Source: an uncultured Actinomycetota bacterium (GTDB lineage: Bacteria; Actinomycetota; Acidimicrobiia; Spongiisociales; UBA4744). Taken from it: a stretch of 64,000 bases of DNA. Both the position numbers and the translations under genes were made by a program. The notes below the pieces were generated by a model. The model was not told the DNA's origin, ran no database searches, and was given only the letters and a program-made list of their open reading frames with translations. Shown piece by piece: positions 61,091 through 64,000 of the stretch (positions within the stretch are counted from its first letter, which is position 1; each line of letters begins with the position of its first letter). The stretch is taken from positions 84,436 to 148,435 of the forward strand of contig CAWGNJ010000004.1 in the NCBI GenBank assembly GCA_963823915.1, in the 5' to 3' direction.

Positions 61091-61714
61091 GCGGGGACGG
61101 GGGAGCTCGAGAACAACCGGCGGAACCAGATGATCGAATAGGCGATCGCGATGCCGGTCATGACCACGGAGGCGGCTGTCTTGGAGACCACGAACAGTGA
61201 GACGGGCAGCTCAAAGAGCATCCATGTGGTAACGGCGGCGTTGCCGAGCATCGCCATGGCCCAGAGGAGCGAGATTCTCATGAAGAACTGGCGCACAAAG
61301 GGGTTGGCGAAGAAGTCGGGAGAGAACGGGAGGAAGTCCCGAGCCAAACGCTGAACAAGTGGCTGCTTGGTGCTCATCGACGCCAGAAAGGCGAAACCGA
61401 GTAGGGCTGTTCCCAGGCTGGGTTGCAGGAAGTAGATGAAGACACTGCCGGTGGCCATGGCCAGGGCGGTACGGAAAGTCAGGGTTACGGCACTGAGGAG
61501 AACCAATCCCGGGAATCCGCTCCTTCCGCACAATCCGACGAGCAATGGCGAGATACGACCAGCTCAAGGCGGCGATGAGAGCGCCCCACATCCCGATGCC
61601 CCATAACGCCAGGTAGAAGATGGCCAAGGGGGCGAGGGTGCCTTCAATGATCGCAGGCAAACTCTGCCTGGCCAGGGAGCGCAACCTGGGAGTTTGGTAG
61701 GTGTGGGCGGGCAT
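61087..61714 (-). pseudogene. Polytopic membrane protein (VC0807/DUF3159-like), 1 frameshift as sequenced
   Basis: The N-terminal frame (61211..61714: ...LAPLAIFYLALWGIGMWGALIAALSWSYLAIARRIVRKERIPG) and the C-terminal frame (61087..61545: LVLLSAVTLTFRTALAMATGSVFIYFLQP...) join near 61520. The family call is tentative. Confidence 0.55.
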
Positions 61715-61887
61715 CTCTACTTCAGGTATCGGGAAAACCGATGGGAAAACTTGAATCGGAATTTGCCGCTCAGCGACAACTCAATTCAGTTACCGGCCCA
61801 CCTTAACCAGATTGCGCGAATATGCAAGGGTGCGAATACATTTTTGAACCCGGGCCGGGCAGCCGTCAACGGTCCGCAAAAGGGGCC

Positions 61888-63300
61888 TTAGCCTTCCAGC
61901 ACGTAGCACGGCCCCTGGAAGTCGTAGTTGGCGGCCAGATCCGAGGCAAAGAAATCCGTGATCTTCTCCATGGCCGAGATCCCACCATTTCCGAGGCTGG
62001 CACCCAATCCACCTTGAGCGTCGAACAATTCCTTGTCCGGTTTGTAGATCGCCGTGGCTCTGGTCACCGTCGCATTGGCATCACCACTGAAGAGGTTCGA
62101 GGGGGACAAGCCGCCGTAGCTCAGCGAACCGATTCCTTGGGCGGCGGCGACCACTCCGGCTGGAGTCAGATCGCCCAGCTCGGCCGCGTATTCAAGCACC
62201 CTCTTGGCGACGGAGAACTCGAGATAACCCTCGACCATCCCGGCGGCCGGATACCGGTTCGGGTACTTCTCCCTGAGAACGGAGACAACCTCATCCATGC
62301 CCTGGACATCGGCGCCCAGTGGCGCCATCAGGGCCGACATGTACATGTTCTCGGCGATGTATTCGCCCAGGGCGGTCCCCAGCAAGCGGTCGCTAAAACT
62401 GGGCATGGCGACCGACCATTGCCCCGTGTAGCCCAATTGCAGGGCTGTCCCAACCACGGTGGTCATGGTGAGGGGATCAGCCGCCACCCACGTGAAGTCG
62501 GCCCCGCTCTGAGACACGCCGGAGGCGACGGGCAGGAGGTCGGCGCCGGGGATGATCGCCCCGCCGCCGTTGTAGACGACCTGCAAGCCCAAGTTCTCGG
62601 CGGCATAGAGGGCGCCGGCATAGGAATCGAGGCCATAGTCGCCCGGGACGGTCGCAATGGCCAGGGTCGGCTTGGTTCCGGTGCGTTTCTCGAAATCGGC
62701 AGCCAGCCAGCTGATCGAGTTCATTGCCTCCATGCAATAGTTGGACCCCGTCTCGAGAAGGTTGGCGCCGAGAGTGGGATCGGACCATCCCGAGTACCAG
62801 GTCACCGGGACCGCCAGGTGGTTGTTGGCCACGAGATCGGGAAGTATGGCCAGAGTGTGCGGCGAACCCGTCGAATGGGCGATCATGACCACCTGGTCGG
62901 CCAATGCGGCGTACTTCTCGACGTGCAGGGTCGGGCTGTAGCCCGTGTTCTCAATGAGCAATTCGACCTGACGGCCGGCGATGCCGCCTTCTTCGTTGAC
63001 TTTCGACCAGAAAGCCACCTGGGCATCGAGCACGTCAATCACCGTGCCGGAGAAGTAGCCGGTGAGGTCGGCCAGAAGCCCGATGTAGATGGTGTCGTCG
63101 GTCACTGTCACGCCATCAGTCTTGATGGGGATGGGGGCGGTGGTGTTGACCACCAGGGCGCCCGTGGTGGATGTCGTTGAGGACGGTGGCAGGGTTGTGT
63201 TGGGTGCATCGGATCCGCCGGTCGTGCACGCGGTCGTCACCAGCGCCAGAGTTACCAGGACCAGGAAGGCGGAGCGTAGGGAACGACGAAGCTTGGTCAT
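61888..63300 (-). CDS. ABC transporter substrate-binding lipoprotein (type-1 periplasmic binding fold, LivJ-like)
   Basis: Signal and lipobox LVTLALVTTAC, an S/T-rich linker, then ...IYIGLLADLTGYFSG...EEGGIAGRQVELLIENTGYSP... The 452-aa plus-strand ORF opposite is R/G-rich shadow. Confidence 0.75.
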   Translation of the reverse strand: MTKLRRSLRSAFLVLVTLALVTTACTTGGSDAPNTTLPPSSTTSTTGALVVNTTAPIPIKTDGVTVTDDTIYIGLLADLTGYFSGTVIDVLDAQVAFWSKVNEEGGIAGRQVELLIENTGYSPTLHVEKYAALADQVVMIAHSTGSPHTLAILPDLVANNHLAVPVTWYSGWSDPTLGANLLETGSNYCMEAMNSISWLAADFEKRTGTKPTLAIATVPGDYGLDSYAGALYAAENLGLQVVYNGGGAIIPGADLLPVASGVSQSGADFTWVAADPLTMTTVVGTALQLGYTGQWSVAMPSFSDRLLGTALGEYIAENMYMSALMAPLGADVQGMDEVVSVLREKYPNRYPAAGMVEGYLEFSVAKRVLEYAAELGDLTPAGVVAAAQGIGSLSYGGLSPSNLFSGDANATVTRATAIYKPDKELFDAQGGLGASLGNGGISAMEKITDFFASDLAANYDFQGPCYVLEG

Positions 63301-64000
63301 GGTCCGACCTCGAATTCAATACGACGGTTCTGTTCGGCACTGGCCTCCTGATCCGGGAATAGCTCGCCGTAGGAGAGGGCCACGAGACGGTAGGACGGCA
63401 CGCCCCTGGTCAGGAGATAGTTGAGCACAGCCCCGGCCCGCTGGCGGGCCAACGCCTCGTTGGTTTCGCTGCTGCCGGCCGCGTCGGTGTGTCCGGCAAT
63501 GATCACCTGCAGGCCGGGTTGCGATTGGATGATGAGCGCCACCTGATCAAGCACGACCTGGCCTTCTTCGCTCAAGTCAGAGGATCCCAGGGCGAACTCC
63601 ACCGGAGTCGCCGCCAGCAGTGACTGCAACTCGCTGCGGAGGATGCCACCGTCACCCCGCAACTTCAGACGGCTGGAAACCTGATCGATCCCGTCAACCG
63701 AGAGAACAGCCGTTTCCGCCATGTCAACAAATGCGAAGAAGCCCGAGCCGAGGGTTTCCAGTGGCACAGTCCCGTCCAGGACCGCTCTGCGGCCATCGAC
63801 CGTGGCCTTCACGGTCACGATGCCGGCCCCGGAGAGAGCCGTCGCGGCGGCCGCCTCGAGTTGTTCCGGGGGAAGGGCGGGTCCGATCGGCAGGTCCGCG
63901 TCGACGGTGAGACGGTTGTCGAGCTTGTCGATGCCATCGATGGCCATCACGGCCGCCACCGCTTGGGTGCGTGCCTCTTCGGTAGGCACCGCTCCCATCA
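63297..64000 (-). CDS. OmpA-family (peptidoglycan-binding) protein with BON-like repeats, N-terminus outside window
   Basis: C-terminal OmpA-like domain ...VIIAGHTDAAGSSETNEALARQRAGAVLNYL...NRRIEFEV. The frame is open to the window edge. Overlaps the next gene by 4 nt. Confidence 0.7.
   Translation of the reverse strand, partial: MGAVPTEEARTQAVAAVMAIDGIDKLDNRLTVDADLPIGPALPPEQLEAAAATALSGAGIVTVKATVDGRRAVLDGTVPLETLGSGFFAFVDMAETAVLSVDGIDQVSSRLKLRGDGGILRSELQSLLAATPVEFALGSSDLSEEGQVVLDQVALIIQSQPGLQVIIAGHTDAAGSSETNEALARQRAGAVLNYLLTRGVPSYRLVALSYGELFPDQEASAEQNRRIEFEVGP

Noticed and set aside
61822-63180. 452-aa plus-strand ORF
   Set aside because: It is antisense to a substrate-binding lipoprotein that has a proper signal peptide and lipobox. 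The plus-frame product is G/R/H-rich with no recognisable motif.

Overview
High-GC actinobacterial chromosome, mostly conserved housekeeping genes. The order follows Mycobacterium blocks: pafA-pafB-pafC-tatA-tatC-helY, then tlyA-nadK-recN-pyrG-nudix-(ald)-xerD, then scpA-scpB-rluB-cmk-der, then gcvH-FHA-MerR-DUF151 nuclease-MerR-gcv. A five-gene Opp/Dpp-type ABC operon, one tRNA-Pro(GGG) and assorted enzymes are also present. I found no rRNA, no CRISPR array and no convincing new multi-gene system. The only clearly accessory DNA is a ~3.9 kb decayed integrative islet in the 3' half of tRNA-Pro. It is bounded by a perfect 45-bp direct repeat (30938-30982 and 34829-34873). It holds an IS1182-type insertion sequence, a tyrosine-integrase remnant, an alpha/beta hydrolase and a vapBC pair. 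The second major feature is data quality. Dozens of 1-nt indels are clustered at about 15.9-20.7 kb, 35.5-54.9 kb and 57.8-58.2 kb. They break essential genes such as recN, pyrG, xerD, gcvP and hpt, sometimes as compensating pairs. I read these as sequencing or assembly errors rather than real pseudogenes. Genes that need frame changes are typed pseudogene 'as sequenced' and given as full reconstructed spans. Smaller observations are an AroA-Cmk single-ORF fusion, an in-frame TGA in an orphan histidine kinase, several strong hairpins, a likely leaderless small gene and three micro-ORFs. All functions come from motif and synteny recognition by eye; no searches were run.
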